Shown here in pieces: positions 1 through 14,639 of a DNA stretch of 64,000 bases. This DNA comes from Flaccisagitta enflata. Lineage: Eukaryota. Positions within the stretch are counted from its first letter, which is position 1. Each line of letters begins with the position of its first letter. The position numbers were made by a program, and so were the translations under genes. The DNA is taken from contig OZ231126.1 of assembly GCA_965153355.1 (NCBI GenBank), positions 1,612,001 through 1,676,000 of the forward strand, written 5' to 3'. The notes below the pieces were generated by a model. It saw nothing but the letters and a program-made list of their open reading frames with translations. It had not been told where the DNA came from and ran no database searches.

Positions 1-1350
1 TGGCTTAAAGTGGTTTCTAGGGAAGGTTATGATGAGTTTCAATCAGTTTTGAAAGATGAAAATTTTTCTTGTCTTTTGACCGCCTGAAAAAAGATTCCAC
101 CGCTAGTGTTAGGGTTAGGGGTGTTTTAGAGCTTAATATCTACTCGCCGATTGAATGTTTGCCTATGGAATTTTCGGGAAACTCTGGTGCGATATCATCT
201 GGCAAATGAATTATCCCACCTAATTGAGCTACAGAGATCTGCTTGGTATGTTAGATCGCATTTCTTGCAGAGCTTTCTTAATGGTCAGCCAATTTTTATT
301 TGTGCTTCTTGTCCCCGATTTAACAGTTTTCGTCGGTGACTAAGGTGTAGCAGTGATGTGTACAGACTGAATGAAAATACAACGAGAGCAGTCCAGTTAT
401 GACTCCAAATCTATAGTAGCTCTACCCATTCAGGTTGTAGCACTCATTTCAGGGGCAAAATAGCATCATTGGTGTTTTGACTGACTGTTTATTGCAAAAA
501 AGGTGCATATTTGTTTGATACCAGGGAGCACTGACACTATTTGTGTGAGGGGTATTGCCCGAATTTTCATCGTCGATTTGACTGAGGCAATTTTGGCCTA
601 TTCTGGATAAAAATACCACTTTGTGAAGCAGCAGTAGCACATAAATGGTCAATTTTACTAATTTTGGGGTGAGGAATTAGAATCTGCCATAAAAAATCAC
701 CTAAGATCAATATTTTGCTCAAAATCGCCATTCTTAGGGCCCTGATTGAGCATTGTTAGCACTTTTTGCATATAAAAAACATTAAGAAAGGTAGCAGTGG
801 TGGTTCTATGTGCTATTTGAGTCATTTTGAAGAAGGGAAACTAGTTCTTTAGTCAAGAATGGTCAAAGATGAATATTTTAAAAATTTACTGTCGCACTCA
901 TGGCCCCGATTGAGCTTTTTTTGGCCTTATTTTGGTAAAAAAAAGTCATTAAATGAGGTAGCTGTCGCAATTTTATTAGTAATCTTATCAATTTTGAGAT
1001 GAGGAATCTATATCATTGTTCAAAAATGGTCCAAGATCAACATCTTGATCAAAAACCATCATGCTTAGCTTTACTGGGCCCTTACTGAGAATTTTAATGC
1101 CTTTTTTGGTGAAAAAGACTTAAGTGTTGCAGTAATGGCAGTTCTAAGTTACTTTACCTCTTTGGGAGCAGCAGAAATCAATTCTGAAACCTAAAATGCC
1201 TCAAACAAAATTTTGATAGTTTACTGCCTTCTCATCCAGAGCTTCTGATGGAGCATACTTACCTTTAGAAGGCTGGATATAAAATCTATAAGAGGCTTTG
1301 TTCATCTGTCCATCCGTTTATCCGTTGGTCTGTTGGTCCGTCAATGCATA

Positions 1351-1829
1351 CAGACTCTGAGCTATATAGCATTTTTGTCAACTATATACTAATACAATAC
1401 TCTCAAGTATTGGGACAATACAATACTATACCAATACAATACAATATCCATTGAAATTATATACAATACATTATAATTGTATACAATACGATACAATACA
1501 ATATACATGTAACTATAGTTTTGATAATAAATATTAAATATTATGTTGTAATATGTGTTAGAAATGATTATAGTTAAATGGTCTTCTTATAATTAATTAG
1601 AAAAAAAATATAATGATTTTAATGATTACATGTATTTTGTTTGATAAGAAGGGCTGAAACTTTTCCTACTATTTTTTATTCTTATTTTGTATTTTTTTTT
1701 CTTTTTTTTGCTATATCTATCTTTTTGTTTCTGTTTTTGTCTATCTGTTTTTTTTTTCTTTCTCTATTTTATATTGTTTGTTTGTGTCTTTCTTCAAAAT
1801 CTCTCCCAGTTTGTCTGTCTGTCTGTCTT

Positions 1830-1862
<33 letters not shown>

Positions 1863-2238
1863 GTCTGTCTATCTCTTTTTCTCCTCTAGATTCTTACTCT
1901 CTTGTAGATTTTTACTCCCCTTCCTATTCCTCTTATTCCTCCTCTTCATCCTCTCAGCTTCTAACTACTTATTGTTACCCTCATAGATTCTTATTTTTCT
2001 CCTTCCTCTTTCTCCTCCTCTCACCTACTCCACTTCTTTTATTCTCCCTCAGACCTTTGAATATTATTCCTCTTCCTCTTTATCCCATTCAGTCTTTTCT
2101 CATATATTTTACTCTGCTCAGATCAACATTTTTGTAATATTAGGTAGTATTGTATTGTATTGGAAAAATTACAAAATGAGCTACATGTATTGGGAAAACC
2201 CAATACACAAGAATATTGTAAAACCCAATACCAATACA
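1351..2238. mobile_element. Degenerate copy of the 46930-47841 MITE, inserted into a HINE-like element (about 1270-2420)
   Basis: Shares ctgagctatatagcatttttgtcaac and tattgggaaaacccaatacacaagaatattgtaaa; splits a GTCC-type microsatellite. Confidence 0.7.
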
Positions 2239-3419
2239 CACATCTATCCATCAGTCTGTTGGTTCGTTTGTCCGTAATGATCAAGTCAAAAAGTGGGAAA
2301 ACGAGCGTTCTTGATACTTGTTTATGTTTGTGTGTGTGGGTCAAGGTAGGGGTGTGGATGGAGGTTCGATGCCCATGCCCACCTGTCTGCTAAGATATTA
2401 TGACCCCCTGTCACTTGTTTGGGTTGAATACGCATCATTAAAGGTGGAGGAGGTTCTCTGAGTTTTTTCTGTTGTCAATATAGAGAAGGGGTTTTGATCA
2501 AGCCATCAACATCATAACAAAGAAGAAATCATGTCAATTGTAAGACCTTCATTATTTGTAGTTTTTTGAATTTCATTCATCTACCATTTTTTCCAAACCT
2601 CTTCTAGCCCTTTATCTTTATATTGCTGTGTTGTTGATAAGATTTCAGAGTAACAAACTATGGGTTGATATAGATATTATACTGTAATGCAAATTGTAAG
2701 TCTAGGTTAACTTTTCAGTCGTGAAAACACGACTTTACCTTGCCGTGTTGATTGGCCGGTCAGTCTGTCCAAAATATTAATTACAAACAGATTCTGCATT
2801 ACTGCCCCTGCCTGACCATCCATGACTGTCCTGCCGCGTATCTGGCCTTGCTTTTCTTTTATAGAAGTCAGGAAAACTAAGAAAAAGATATTTTCAGTGA
2901 GAGTTCATAGGCTTTATATCCAACAAAACTGGGTGCAGGTGCTCCAGGTATATATATATATATATTATCTTCACAAATAAAATCTTTCCGCACATTTTAA
3001 CATTTATCTCTGGTTATATTTGACAAATCCTAAAAAATTGGTGACAAAATTACAGCTCTTCAAATTTGCAAGCAGTCTGCGCAAACCGCGTTTTTCTAAC
3101 TCAATGTGTTCAAGAGTTATTCAACTTTGAATGAAATATTTCAATTTTGCTTTTGCCATTCCACACAATCTTCAACCAATATCACTTCATACTTTTTTGA
3201 ATTACTTCTTAACAAATTGAGCTAGACAGATGTGGTTTGTGTAGCCTGCTTGCAAATTTGGAGGCTTCATTTATGTCACCTATTTTTCCATGATTAGTTG
3301 AGTCTCTTTAGAGCTATAAGTCTAAACGTAGAGAAAGAGCAGATCAAGAAAATGGCATAAATGGTTTGGGATTCCATCACTCAAGAGTACATCAAGAAGC
3401 TCCAAGAATCGCTAACTGA

Positions 3420-3597
3420 AACAAGGCCGGATACACGGCCACCAGTTGCAGACGGGTGGGCAGGGGCGGAAATGCGCGTTTTCCCACTTTTCGACTTCGA
3501 TATTACGGACGACGGACGGATCGACGATCAGACGTGACGGACGGGACGACGGACCGACGGACAAAGTTTATAGAGTTGCGTGTCCGCAAATTAAAAA
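3420..3597 (-). mobile_element. HINE-like element
   Basis: Reverse copy: aacaaggccggatacacggcc...(GGAC)n...gagttgcgtgtccgcaaattaaaaaa. Confidence 0.75.
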
Positions 3598-4196
3598 AGC
3601 GGCTGTGATTCATTCAAGAGATGCACATACTTGATATTTATTGACTTGCAATCAACTGGTTTTCCTTGTCTAGTCAATAAACGCGCTTATTTTCGCAGTG
3701 GAAAGATTTTATTTGTGAAGATAGTTTTGCTTCATTCAAGACCCATCTTAAACATTTTTGGCCTTAATGGGTAGACAAGTAATGCAGGTAACTTTGCTAT
3801 GGTATAGAACCTCGCCTACCCCCAACCTAAACACTCAACTGCATAATCTGAGTAGACTTAAACGCAAGTTAAAAATCAACACTATCCAATGAAAGGGTAA
3901 CAGACCAAAGGACTGACGGATAGATAGTTCCACATGCTAATTCAAAAGTTTTTGGGTGGGGATCTACAATAAAAGAAAAAAAAGATCAATATTTTGATGT
4001 ACCACCGCCACTTTAGGGCCCAGACAATCCTCTGGCAAAATCAATGTTAGTGGCAGCTTGACCCACCAACGCATCCACACACCAATATCTAGACCTGTGC
4101 AATTGACCTGGATATGGTTTAGAATCAGCACTTTGACCAAGTTGTTTATCACATTTTGTGCATTTGCCAGTTTTATTCGCAAAGTAAGATGTATAA

Positions 4197-4683
4197 AAAC
4201 AAGGCTGGATACATGGCTACTAAAGTCAAATGCGGGTGGTCAGGGGCCATATTTGAGGTCACCAGGTCATTTGGGCAGGAGCAGTGAGGTCAAAGAAATA
4301 AAATCATAAAAAAGTAGTGTGACCAACCGACCAACCAACCAACTTACCAACCAACGGACAAAGCGGGTTGTGGAGTTACATGCGCGCGACTAAAAACCTT
4401 CAATTTGGTCACCATTTTCATCAAATTAGGCACGTTCACAGCTCTAGCTTAGCAACAAGTGATGCGGGGTCACAATATCGTTGAGGACAGGTAGGCAGGG
4501 GCATCCAACCCCCAAACCCCACTCCAAACACAAACATACAAAAAGAATCCAAAACACTCATTTTTCCACTTTTCAACTCAATCATCATGAACCAATGGAC
4601 CGACAGACAAATGGACTACTGGACCAACAGACTGACGGACAGACAAAGCCTCTAAAAGAGTTGCGTGTCCGCATCTAAAAAAA
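4197..4683 (-). mobile_element. Two adjacent HINE-like elements (about 4197-4396 and 4454-4683)
   Basis: Each starts on + with AACAAG plus a hairpin and ends with the subTIR stem and an A-run; (GAC/AAC)-type microsatellite cores. Confidence 0.65.
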
Positions 4684-4711
4684 AGAGTGAAAGGGGTAGG
4701 AGGAGTGAAAG

Positions 4712-4818
<107 letters not shown>

Positions 4819-6439
4819 CAGAATTTTCTCACCTGATAGACTGATGGCTGGACAAAACTCTTATCTGATACAAAATGTATCTAAAATTGGACCAGTCTTT
4901 TATATAGAATAGTGTACATATTGAAGATTGGTATAGAATATTTCCTTTCTAATTGTGATGAACACATATCAGTTTAAACTTTAAAGTTTACCTTTTACCG
5001 CACTTACAAGTTTAATGAGCATTGACAAAAAGCATATTTGCATATTGCAGTAAATTAGAATTTCATATAGTATGACAAAGGCGTAGGACCTGTCTTACAT
5101 AAATTTGCTGTGGCTATCATAGAATACAATTATGTAATGATAAATTTTCATATTGTGAGGTTTTAAAGATTTAGCACTGATTCATTCAATTTTTTAAATC
5201 TATTTTTTCATCTCTTTTCACCCCTTGGTTGAAAACGGCCTATGTTTATAGCATACAATTTTCATGTGGTTTTGCTGCGTTTAGGCCTTGACTTTAACTG
5301 ACTAGCGCTACCTGGGTTTTGTTAAATACTCAATTTTTTTTTTGTGTCAAACAGCTAGTCAACAGGCCAAAGTTGTTATTTCACCTCTGATATGGGGGCT
5401 AGAGCCTGATTGGACTCAGATACATATCTATCTATAGCAGTACTCCCCTTGAGCAGCCCCACAGTGGTGATATGAGGTCAAATACGGTATCAATCAAGTG
5501 CTTATGTTCATATGAGTGGCGCCATCGAGGCGATTTCTCAATTTCCTCTTTTTTACGGAGATACAGGCTGCAGAAAGGCTTAAATCAGGCTTTTTTCAAC
5601 TACTAAAACAGCAAATTTTTGACCCTTTTCAAGAGCTGCATTCCTGACCTGCTTTGATTCTTCCAACTCGCTCCGATGGCGCTACTTGTATTAACATAAG
5701 TTTTCGATTGGCACCCTACATGACAATACAGCACCTCCTGAATGGATTGCAGGGGGTCCTGCTATAGATTTAGGTCACGCTTCTGGACTGCTCATGTTGT
5801 ATTTCATCTCCTCCAGTCTGTAGTCTGTCGCTTGTTTGTTTGCTTAAAACCTTCTTTATTTTTGAACCAGACTCTTGAATTTTGGTGAAATTTTGCTGGT
5901 GTTGTTTATGTGTCTATAAGAGTCTTTGTAACAATTTTTCAGAAAATTCACCAACTTTTACTACCCTTTGCCAATTATTTTTGTGGTGATATTTAGCTGG
6001 GACTTAAGTGATTTACATAGGTAGAGGGTAGTAAAGGTATATGGGAATTTTTTTTTAATTCTGGTATACAAGTGTCAGTAAATAAACCAGCCCTGCAAAA
6101 TTCGAATTAAATCTGAAGTCTGGTTCATGAGATAGTAGCTAATTTATGTAGTGATATGTTACTAGGACTTAGGCAATTTACATAGGCAAATGGTAGTAAA
6201 GTCATGTGAATTTTTTTTTAAATTTGGTATTCAAGTAAAGGATATTAATTGAACAGCCCCTGCAAAATTCGAATTAAATCTGAAGTCAGGTTTATCAGAT
6301 ATTAGCTTATAAATGTAGTAATACGTTACTTGGCGATTTATATAGAAGGTTGAAGTTGATAAATTTTTCTACTTGCTCATTCATTACCTTCTGATTTTTT
6401 TTTCTTTAAGTTTGCCATCATGGATTTCAGGATTCATCT

Positions 6440-6647
6440 TAAGCTACTGTATTCATCTTCAGCTAATGTCATCATCTTCAGCTACTGTCATCACCTTCAG
6501 CTACTGTCATCATCTTCAGCTACTGTCATCATCTTCAACTACTGTCATCATCTTCAACTACTTTCATCATCTCCAACTACTGTCATCATCTAACTACTGT
6601 CATCATCTTCAACTACTGCTCACTACCTTCAACTACTGTCCTCATCT
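6440..6647. repeat. 19-bp minisatellite carctactgtcatcatctt
   Basis: About 10 units. Confidence 0.88.
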
Positions 6648-7334
6648 AGCCGAAAAAAATTTTGAAAATTTTTTGAAAAATTTTTGAAAAATATTTTTTC
6701 AAATTCTTATTTTTATTTTTTGAAATTTTTATTTCTTTTATTTTTTTATTTTTTTGAAATTTTTATTCTTTGATTTTTTTTTTTTGAAATTTTATTTTTT
6801 GAAATTTTGCAATTTTGAAGCTTTTTTTAAATGATTTAGCCACAATGTAAGAAAACATGGCGGACTCTTAATTTGACCAAGATAGTATGTTGTTAATTTG
6901 ACCAAGATAGTATGTTGCGGAGTGCAGCTGATTACATAAGTGTACCTCCCTCTTAATCCTTCCTGTCATCCTCATTCCCAGATCATGGAGGACTTGAAAT
7001 GTATAATCTGCTTCGACGATGCGACAAACGGTTCTTCTCTCGCCACGGCGTCCAGGAACAAACCATAGGTAGGGTTATAAAATGCGGGGCAATACCCCTG
7101 TTTGAAACTTTGTTTGTTTTAAAAAAATGGCGATGTCGCAATTAATATGACACAGTTTGTTAGTTTATATAGACATCTAAAATGGGTAAAAATCAGCAGA
7201 ATTTGCGTACATTTTCGTAATGTCCACATATATATTGCCCTGTGATAAAAAAATGTCCGCATAAATCCCCCTGTTATTCTCATAGCAATCTAACACTTAT
7301 TTTCCAACTTTTACGTTGAAAAGCGGCTCAGCCG

Positions 7335-7980
7335 TTGCCGCCCACGCAGCGGTACCCATTGCCCTCATGTTAGTATTTGTGATGATGGTGAGAGTAGTGG
7401 CCCTGAAGGGCTGACACTTTGCTTAGTAAGTTTTGGAAGCACTAGGATTGAATTTGAGCTCTGCAAGGATTTGAGCCATGAGGCTGTGATTTGAGCCTTG
7501 AGGCTGTGATTTGAGCCTCGAGTCTGTGATTTGAGCCTAAAGGCTGTGATTTGAGCCATAAGGCTGTCATTTCAGCCTCATGGCTGGTATTTGAGGCTTG
7601 AGGCTGAGATATGAGACTTTAGGCTGGGATACGAGCCTTGAGGCTGGGATGTGAGCCTCGAGGCTGGGATATGGGCCTCTAGGCTGGGATATGGTTCTTG
7701 AGTCTGGGATATGGGCCTCGAGGCTGGGATATGGGGCTCTAGACTGGGATATGAGCCTCAAGGTTGGGATTTGAGTCTTGAGGCAAGGTTTTGGGCCTTG
7801 AGGCTAGAATTTGGGCCTCTAGACTAGGCTCTGAGTCTCTGGACTAGGATGTTGGCCCCAAGGCCAGGATATGAGCTTCGAAGGGGGTGGACGGAGAAGA
7901 AGGAGGAGGAGAAGAAGGAAAAATTTCCCCTATGTGTGAAAGCATAGGTCATCGGCCCCTTTGGGGCTGCTGCCCAAAAA
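7335..7980 (-). mobile_element. Second HINE-like family (GGGCAGCGGCCCCGAAGGGGCCGATGACC ends) with internal 20/21-bp tandem array
   Basis: agcataggtcatcggcccctttggggctgctgcccaaaaa at 7941-7980; (gaggctgggatatgagcctc)n at 7470-7880; relatives at 16130-16410, 19770-19940 and 23030-23323. Confidence 0.65.
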
Positions 7981-7994
7981 GGGAAGTGAAGAAA

Positions 7995-8380
7995 GAGAGG
8001 GAGGTAAGGAAAGAGAAAGAAGAGGTAAGGAAAGAGAAAGGGAAGTAAGGAAAGAGAAAGAGGAGGTAAGGAAAGAGAAAGGGAGGTAAGGAAAGAGAAA
8101 GGGAGGTAAGGAAAGAGAAAGAGGAGGTAAGGAAAGAGAAAGAGGAGGTAAGGAAAGAGAAAGAGGAGGTAAGGAAAGAGAAAGAATAGGTAAGGAAAGA
8201 GAAAGGGAGGTAAGGATAGAGAAAGAGGAGGTAAGGAAAGAGAAAGAATAGGTAAGGAAAGAGAAAGAGGAGGTAACAAAAGAGAAAGGGAGGTAAGGAA
8301 AGAGAAAGAGGAGGTAAGGATAGAGAAAGAGGAGGTAAGGAAAGAGAAAGGGAGGTAAGGAAAGAGAAAGAGGAGGTAAG
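7995..8380. repeat. 20/22-bp purine-rich minisatellite (gaggtaaggaaagagaaag[g/ag])n
   Basis: Directly visible; explains the minus-strand ORFs 7824-8403. Confidence 0.9.
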
Positions 8381-9239
8381 GGTCTGAAGGAAGAGGTAGG
8401 CAAAGGGGAAGGAACGGAAAGGAAAGGAAAGGAAGGGAAAGGATAAGGAATGATAAGGTATGGGGTGAGTTAAGGGAAAGGGAGAGGGAAAGGGGGTAAG
8501 GGATTATGAGGGTGGGGGAGGGGGTAAAGGAAAGTGGGAATAGACCTCCATAATGTGGGGGGAAAGTAATGCTTAAGGCACCCCCACAAGTCTAGGAAAT
8601 AGAATGGAATTAGGTGATTTGCGCCATAAAACTAGATCTGTTTGAAAGATGTTTTCTTAGTAGAAAATCTTAGCCGCTTAAACATTTAGGTTCTATCACC
8701 TACTGACTATATAGTTCAAGTCTCCGTCTTGCATTGTCATGGCTGACGGCCCTGAATTTTGCATTTTACGTATGAGGGTATTTTTACTCCATTTTCCTAG
8801 ATCTCATAAAATGGCACTTTTGAGTTAATTTAGTACTCTGAGGTTTATACCTTGTCCTCTATATGATTGCCCTGCCCTGAATCTAAATCAAGGGGATAAA
8901 TTGGGTCTATCTACATTAATATTTGGTAAGAGAAAAATGATTTTGGGCCTAAAATGATTCTATTTCCTGATATTGTATAAATGATGGGACTGTGAAGGAT
9001 GTCAGGCGGATGAAGTACGAAATGATGTGGGAAAACAGACGGGAGGGGCCGGGGGAACAATATACTTTTACCGACCCACACGCATCATACCCACTTTTAC
9101 AGGACATACACTACTCATTCCTAAACAAATTCTTAAACCCCTGCCACGCAACTTCCCACTTCTACACCAAGCGACTTAACCACTCCTTCTCCCAACACCT
9201 TACCAACTCCTACAGCTACACAAAGCATCTTACCCACTA

Positions 9240-9846
9240 GCACACCATCCACATAAGCCATTCCTTCACCGCACACCGTACCCATTCCTACTCCATTCAC
9301 CTACTCCTACATAGCACACCATACCCATTCCTACTCCATTCACCTACTCCTACATAGCACACCATACCCATTCCTACTCCATTCACCTACTCCTACACCG
9401 CACACCATACCCAAACCTACTCCATTCACCTACTCCTACACCGCACACCATACCCATTCCTACTCCATTCACCTACTCCTACACCCCACACCATACCCAT
9501 TCCTACTCCATTCACCTACTCCTACACCGCACACCATACCCATTCCTACTCCATTCACCTACTCCTACACCGCACACCATACCCATTCCTACTCCATTCA
9601 CCTACTCCTACACCCCACACCATACCCTTTCCTACTCTATTCACCTACTCCTACACCGCACACCATACCCATTCCTACTCCATTCACCTACTCCTACACC
9701 GCACACCATACCTATTCCTACTCCATTCGCCTACTCCTACACCGCACACCATACCCAATACCCATTCCTACTCCATTCACCTACTCCTACACCGCGCACC
9801 ATACCCATTCCCACTCCATTCACCTACTCCTACACCGCACACCATT
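9240..9846. repeat. 43-bp minisatellite cacaccatacccattcctactccattcacctactcctacaccg
   Basis: Unit starts at 9401 and 9444 etc.; about 13 copies. Confidence 0.92.
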
Positions 9847-10749
9847 CCCCCCCCCCCATCATGGAAGAGTTATCTTCAACCTCGATATATATTTCTGTCT
9901 TTTTTTTTTCCTTCTTTTTTTTCTTCTGCGCTTTGAAAAGAGGAAAGAAATGATGAATTTCTTACGTGAGTCAGGAAAGGGAGAAAACGTACTACCAACA
10001 TAAATCACAAACGACAAAATGGCGCAAAATAAGAGTTTTCCACTTTTTGATTTACCCTCACCTGAGATAACGCGACCAAGATTTTTTTCTTCACCCTCAA
10101 ACACGATTTTCTAAAAAAGACTCCATTGCATTACTTCTTTTTCAACCCTTCTAGTCTATCATAAGGAAAAAAAAAAAGGCCTTACAAACAAACACGCAAA
10201 CAAACAGACAAACAAACAGACAAACAAACAAAAAAACAAACAAAAGTCTCTCTCTCTCTCTCTCTCTCTCCAGCCACAATGCTATTCCACTGCGTTGACA
10301 TGCAGGTGAAACTCAGTGAAAGGGGATATTTATGAGTGAATTGAATTTTCCGCTTTCCTCTCTTTTTCTGTTCTTTCTTTCTTTTTTTTTCTCTCTTTTT
10401 TTCCACTTTGACGGACCTCACAATGGGCCGTCAGAAAATATGTCCAAGTTTATGATATCGAATCATTTCCTGTTCATTTTTAAGCGGACTTATAAGTAAC
10501 CAAAACCTCTTCAGTTCTCTGTTACAAACTGCCCGGATCTTTTACCATATCGTCAATGAATTTTACCGTGATTTTTCATTTTCATACGTAAATACGCCCG
10601 TCATAAACTCAATTGGATTCTGAAAAGGGAAAAATGGAGGAAGAAAAAAAAAAAGAGGCGTGAAGTGCTGTGTAGGGGATACGAAGATTCAGTGGAGGGG
10701 GGGGGGGAAATGTAAGCTTGTGTCAATATCGATGGTCATTGATGTAGTC

Positions 10750-11897
10750 TACTGCACAGATAAACACAATCGATAGCACATTAAGTTCATGGATAAGCGC
10801 AATTGAAAGCACAGAAACTCCAGTTTAGAGATAAACACAATCTATAGCACATTCTACAGACTACATTCCACAGACGAGCGCAATTGAGAGTACATAAAGT
10901 CCAAACATAAGCTCAATTGATTAAGTCCACATACAAGCACAATTGAAAGCACATAAGGTCCACAGACAAGCGCAATTGAAGATGTCGCCAGCATATGAAG
11001 TTCACAGACAAGCACAATCAAAGGCACAATAAGTTCACAGACAAGCACAATCAATGGCACATTACTACCTTGGAAAAAAGTATATATACACCCAAAGTAT
11101 ATTATGATTTTCAAACCAAATATCTACATAATCATTATACTGAAAATGTCTGTGTGTCAGGTGACTTGTTTCTTAACTGAATATTCTTGTAAAAGGTTTT
11201 AAAAATAACTTTCAGTATCATTTTTATTAATTACATATAATCTTGTTTCATCATTTTTGAGCAAATTTGGTGTTTTGGGAAAGTGTTTTTAATTTTGTTT
11301 GCCATTTTCAAACGATCACAAGCTACCGGAACCAGGTTGGACTCATCTTTTAGATTTTTTGATGTAGATTTTTTTGCTTTTTTGAAAAAAGTATCTAGCT
11401 GCTCTGGAAGCAGAGATATCTTGTGTAGAAAGTGTCCAAGGATTTTCATATTTTACTACCCTCAATATCATCGAGATCTATAAATTGAATGTTTTTACTC
11501 TTTTGCTTGTAGCTTCTGAATGGTTAGAGTTACAGAGACCAGATTAGACTCATTTTGAAAATTTTTTGATGAAGATTAATTTTCTTTTTACAAAAATCTA
11601 TTTGGCGTTTTTTGAAGCTGAGATATCCTTGGTAGAAGCTGTATATATACTTATTTCCTAGATAGTAATTCCACAGATAAGCGCAATTGAAAGAACATAA
11701 AGTCCATAGACAAACGCAATTGAAAGCACATTAAGTCCAAAGACAAGTGTAATCAAAGGCACTTTAAGTCCATAGACAAGCGCAAATGAAAGCACATTTA
11801 GTCCACAGACAAGCACTCTTGTTTGCACAATAAGTCCACAGATAAGCACAATTGAAAGCATAATAAGTCCATGGATAAGCACATTAAGTCCACAAAT
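10750..11897. repeat. 33-bp minisatellite aagtccacagacaagcrcaattgaaagcacatw, split by a MITE
   Basis: Units at 10923 and 10956, and again from 11668 onward. Confidence 0.82.
11065..11665. mobile_element. TA-flanked MITE inserted into a 33-bp minisatellite
   Basis: ta|CTACCTTGGAAAAAAGTATATATAC...GTATATATACTTATTTCCTAGATAG|ta; the host repeat resumes on both sides. Confidence 0.72.
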
Positions 11898-12017
11898 GTT
11901 GGACCTGAAGTAGAAAATCAAACGTCAACATCAAAGGGAAAATAAGGTCGGAGTAAGAACGTGAGTTGAGGAAAACGATGAAGGCGAGTTTAGCCTCTAA
12001 TAAGTTTTTTTTTTCAA

Positions 12018-12475
12018 TTCGCACACTCGCACTTTCGCACACTTGCACACTCGTTTAACTGCACACCCGCAAACTCGCAAAATCGCACACTCGACACTCG
12101 CGCTCTCTAACAAACTTGCACACTCGCACACTCCCAAACTTGCACACTTGCACACTCACTCACTTGCAAACTCCCACACTTGCACACTGGCTCACTCGCA
12201 AACTGGCTCACTTTCAAACTTGCTCACTCGCAAACTCGCTCACTCATAAACTCACTCACTCGCAAACTCGCAAACTCACTCAATTGCAAACTGGCACACT
12301 CGCTTACTCGCAAGCTGGCACACATGTTTACTCGCTTACTCGCTCACTCGCTCACTCGCAAAGCGGCACACTCGCTCACTTGCAAACTGGCGCACTCACT
12401 CGCAAACTTGCACACTCGCTCACTCGCACACTCACTCACTCGCACACTCGCTCACTCGCACACTTGCACACTCAT
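12018..12475. repeat. Degenerate (CACTCGCA / CTCA)n low-complexity array
   Basis: Directly visible; source of the His/Thr/Leu-rich ORFs. Confidence 0.85.
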
Positions 12476-12704
12476 TGTAGCATTTCCTTACTATGCATTA
12501 CTTTTCGTTGAATACGCCAACAAAGAGCAGAAAATAGACCAAAAAGGCCAATAAGGCCAAAGTGGTGCATATAAACGTCTCAGTTGATTTCCTCAAATTT
12601 GTATTTATTATGAACGCATTTGATATGACATTTGAAATTCTCCACACGCGCGGCTTCAGAATTCTCTCTCCCCTGTCTTTATGCCTTTCGATTACAACTA
12701 CTTG

Positions 12705-12828
<124 letters not shown>

Positions 12829-14573
12829 CTCTCTCTCTCTCTCTTCACATAATTTTTTCCTTCATCTCCTCCTCATTTCTATTCGTATTTTATCTCTTCT
12901 TTGTGGTCCCCATTTTAGGTGCCTTTCTTTTTTTTTAAGGTTAAGCACTTTATTTTTGCATTAACTTCCTTCGAATATCTTAAAAAGACTTCCAAATCCG
13001 ACCTCCGGATTTCGCCATCATACCGTAATGTCTCACGTAGCTCCTTTACAAATTCATGGCACAAGGGCAGGTGCAGGGGCGAAGACGGCACACCAAGTGC
13101 AATCAAGCCGAGCATGTCATGACGGACCGACAGACCTACAAACTGATGGACAGACTATACAGCAATGGACGCCGGCTGTGGGGAGATACACCCATCTTCT
13201 TCATTTTTCCCCCTTCTCAACACCCCTTAGTAACAGAGACCCGCCATCTTCCGCGTTGCTTGGAAATATTTCTGACTCTTCTTCAATCTGCTTCACCTTT
13301 TCCTCCTTTTCTTCCTCTTCCATTAACTGCTCTTTCTCCTGCTCCTGCTCCTTCTTCTCCTTCTCCTTCTTCTCTTCCTGCCTCCGTAGTAACCAAGACG
13401 CTTCTTTTTCTCACCCTTCCAGCCTCCCGAGTCTATTTTCCCTTCCTTCTGCCATCTTTCTCCATTTGGTTCTTTCCTTCCTCCTTCCTTGTCTCGTTAT
13501 TTCCCCCCCATTTTCCCTTCTTTCTTACTCCTTAACAACGGATATTCCCACTTGACAACGCCGTAGACGCCATTTTGCCGGCCGATTCGGTTTTTCCGAC
13601 GCCGACGACAGCCACCGGCCGACACCATATTTGGTCATAACAATACCGGCCAAGATGCCGGCCGGTTTCTGGCCGACGTTGACGCCATATTTGGTCATAA
13701 CAATACCGGCCGGGCACCGCATTTCCTCGCCGACGCTGACACCGACACCGACGCCGTATCGTAATAAACTGGAATAATCTTGAGATGCGTCACAACTTTC
13801 TAAATCTACGCTAAGGCGAGAAAAGGGGAAGAGAACAGTCTCAGAGGCGAAAGACGGTCTGCATCTCCCTCAGCAATTCGGCAAGTGAATTATTCGCGTT
13901 GTTTGTGTTTATGAGGTGAACACGTACACATGAATCCCAAAAGGAAGTAGCCTAGTGAGTGAGCGAGCCTGTGATCGGAGCGGGGGAGGGCAGTCAGCGT
14001 AGTGAGTGAGCGGTGCAAGCGAACAAATGAGGCAAGCGACCGAGTGACCATTTCAAAATGCGATCGCCTGCGTGTAGAATCAGCCCCTTAGTGAGTATTT
14101 GTTAAGGTGTGATGATGGTAGAGGCAGTGGCACCAATGCAATCACCTACGCACAATTGCACATATGGCAAGAAAGAGAAGAAAAAGAACACTTTCCCATA
14201 CTAGTAGAAAGCCATACTGGAATGTCATCTGCCCTTTCGAGGTCTCTGCCAAGAAATTGGTAAAGGTCCGTACCTTGATGCTTATGAAATTAAAAACGTA
14301 CTTTGTCATTGTGTGTCTTCCATGACAAAGTTCATTTTTAATGTTATTTTCCACACTTGCAATCACTTTGAATGAAGATGCCCATAAAGTTTGAGTTAAA
14401 TGGTAAAGATATCCATGACGTTGCCAAGAAGCGAGCCTCACAGTTGTAAAAACTATTTAACGATGACTGGTTATCAAATGTTTGTCTTGAATGTTTACCC
14501 TTCTGTGAGGGGATAATGCAGACAGACGGCGATTAGCTTCTACAATATGGACCATCTTTTGCAAATAGTGTGT

Positions 14574-14639
<66 letters not shown>

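Noticed and set aside
109-120. TTAGGG twice
   Set aside because: Too short to call a telomeric repeat.
9240-9846. Regular repeats (also 57800-58700 and 13621-13711) as CRISPR arrays
   Set aside because: Head-to-tail units without unique spacers, no cas genes, and a eukaryotic context.
12915-13115. Minus-strand 66-aa ORF with protein-like composition
   Set aside because: No recognisable family and no convincing splice sites; cannot be supported without a database search.
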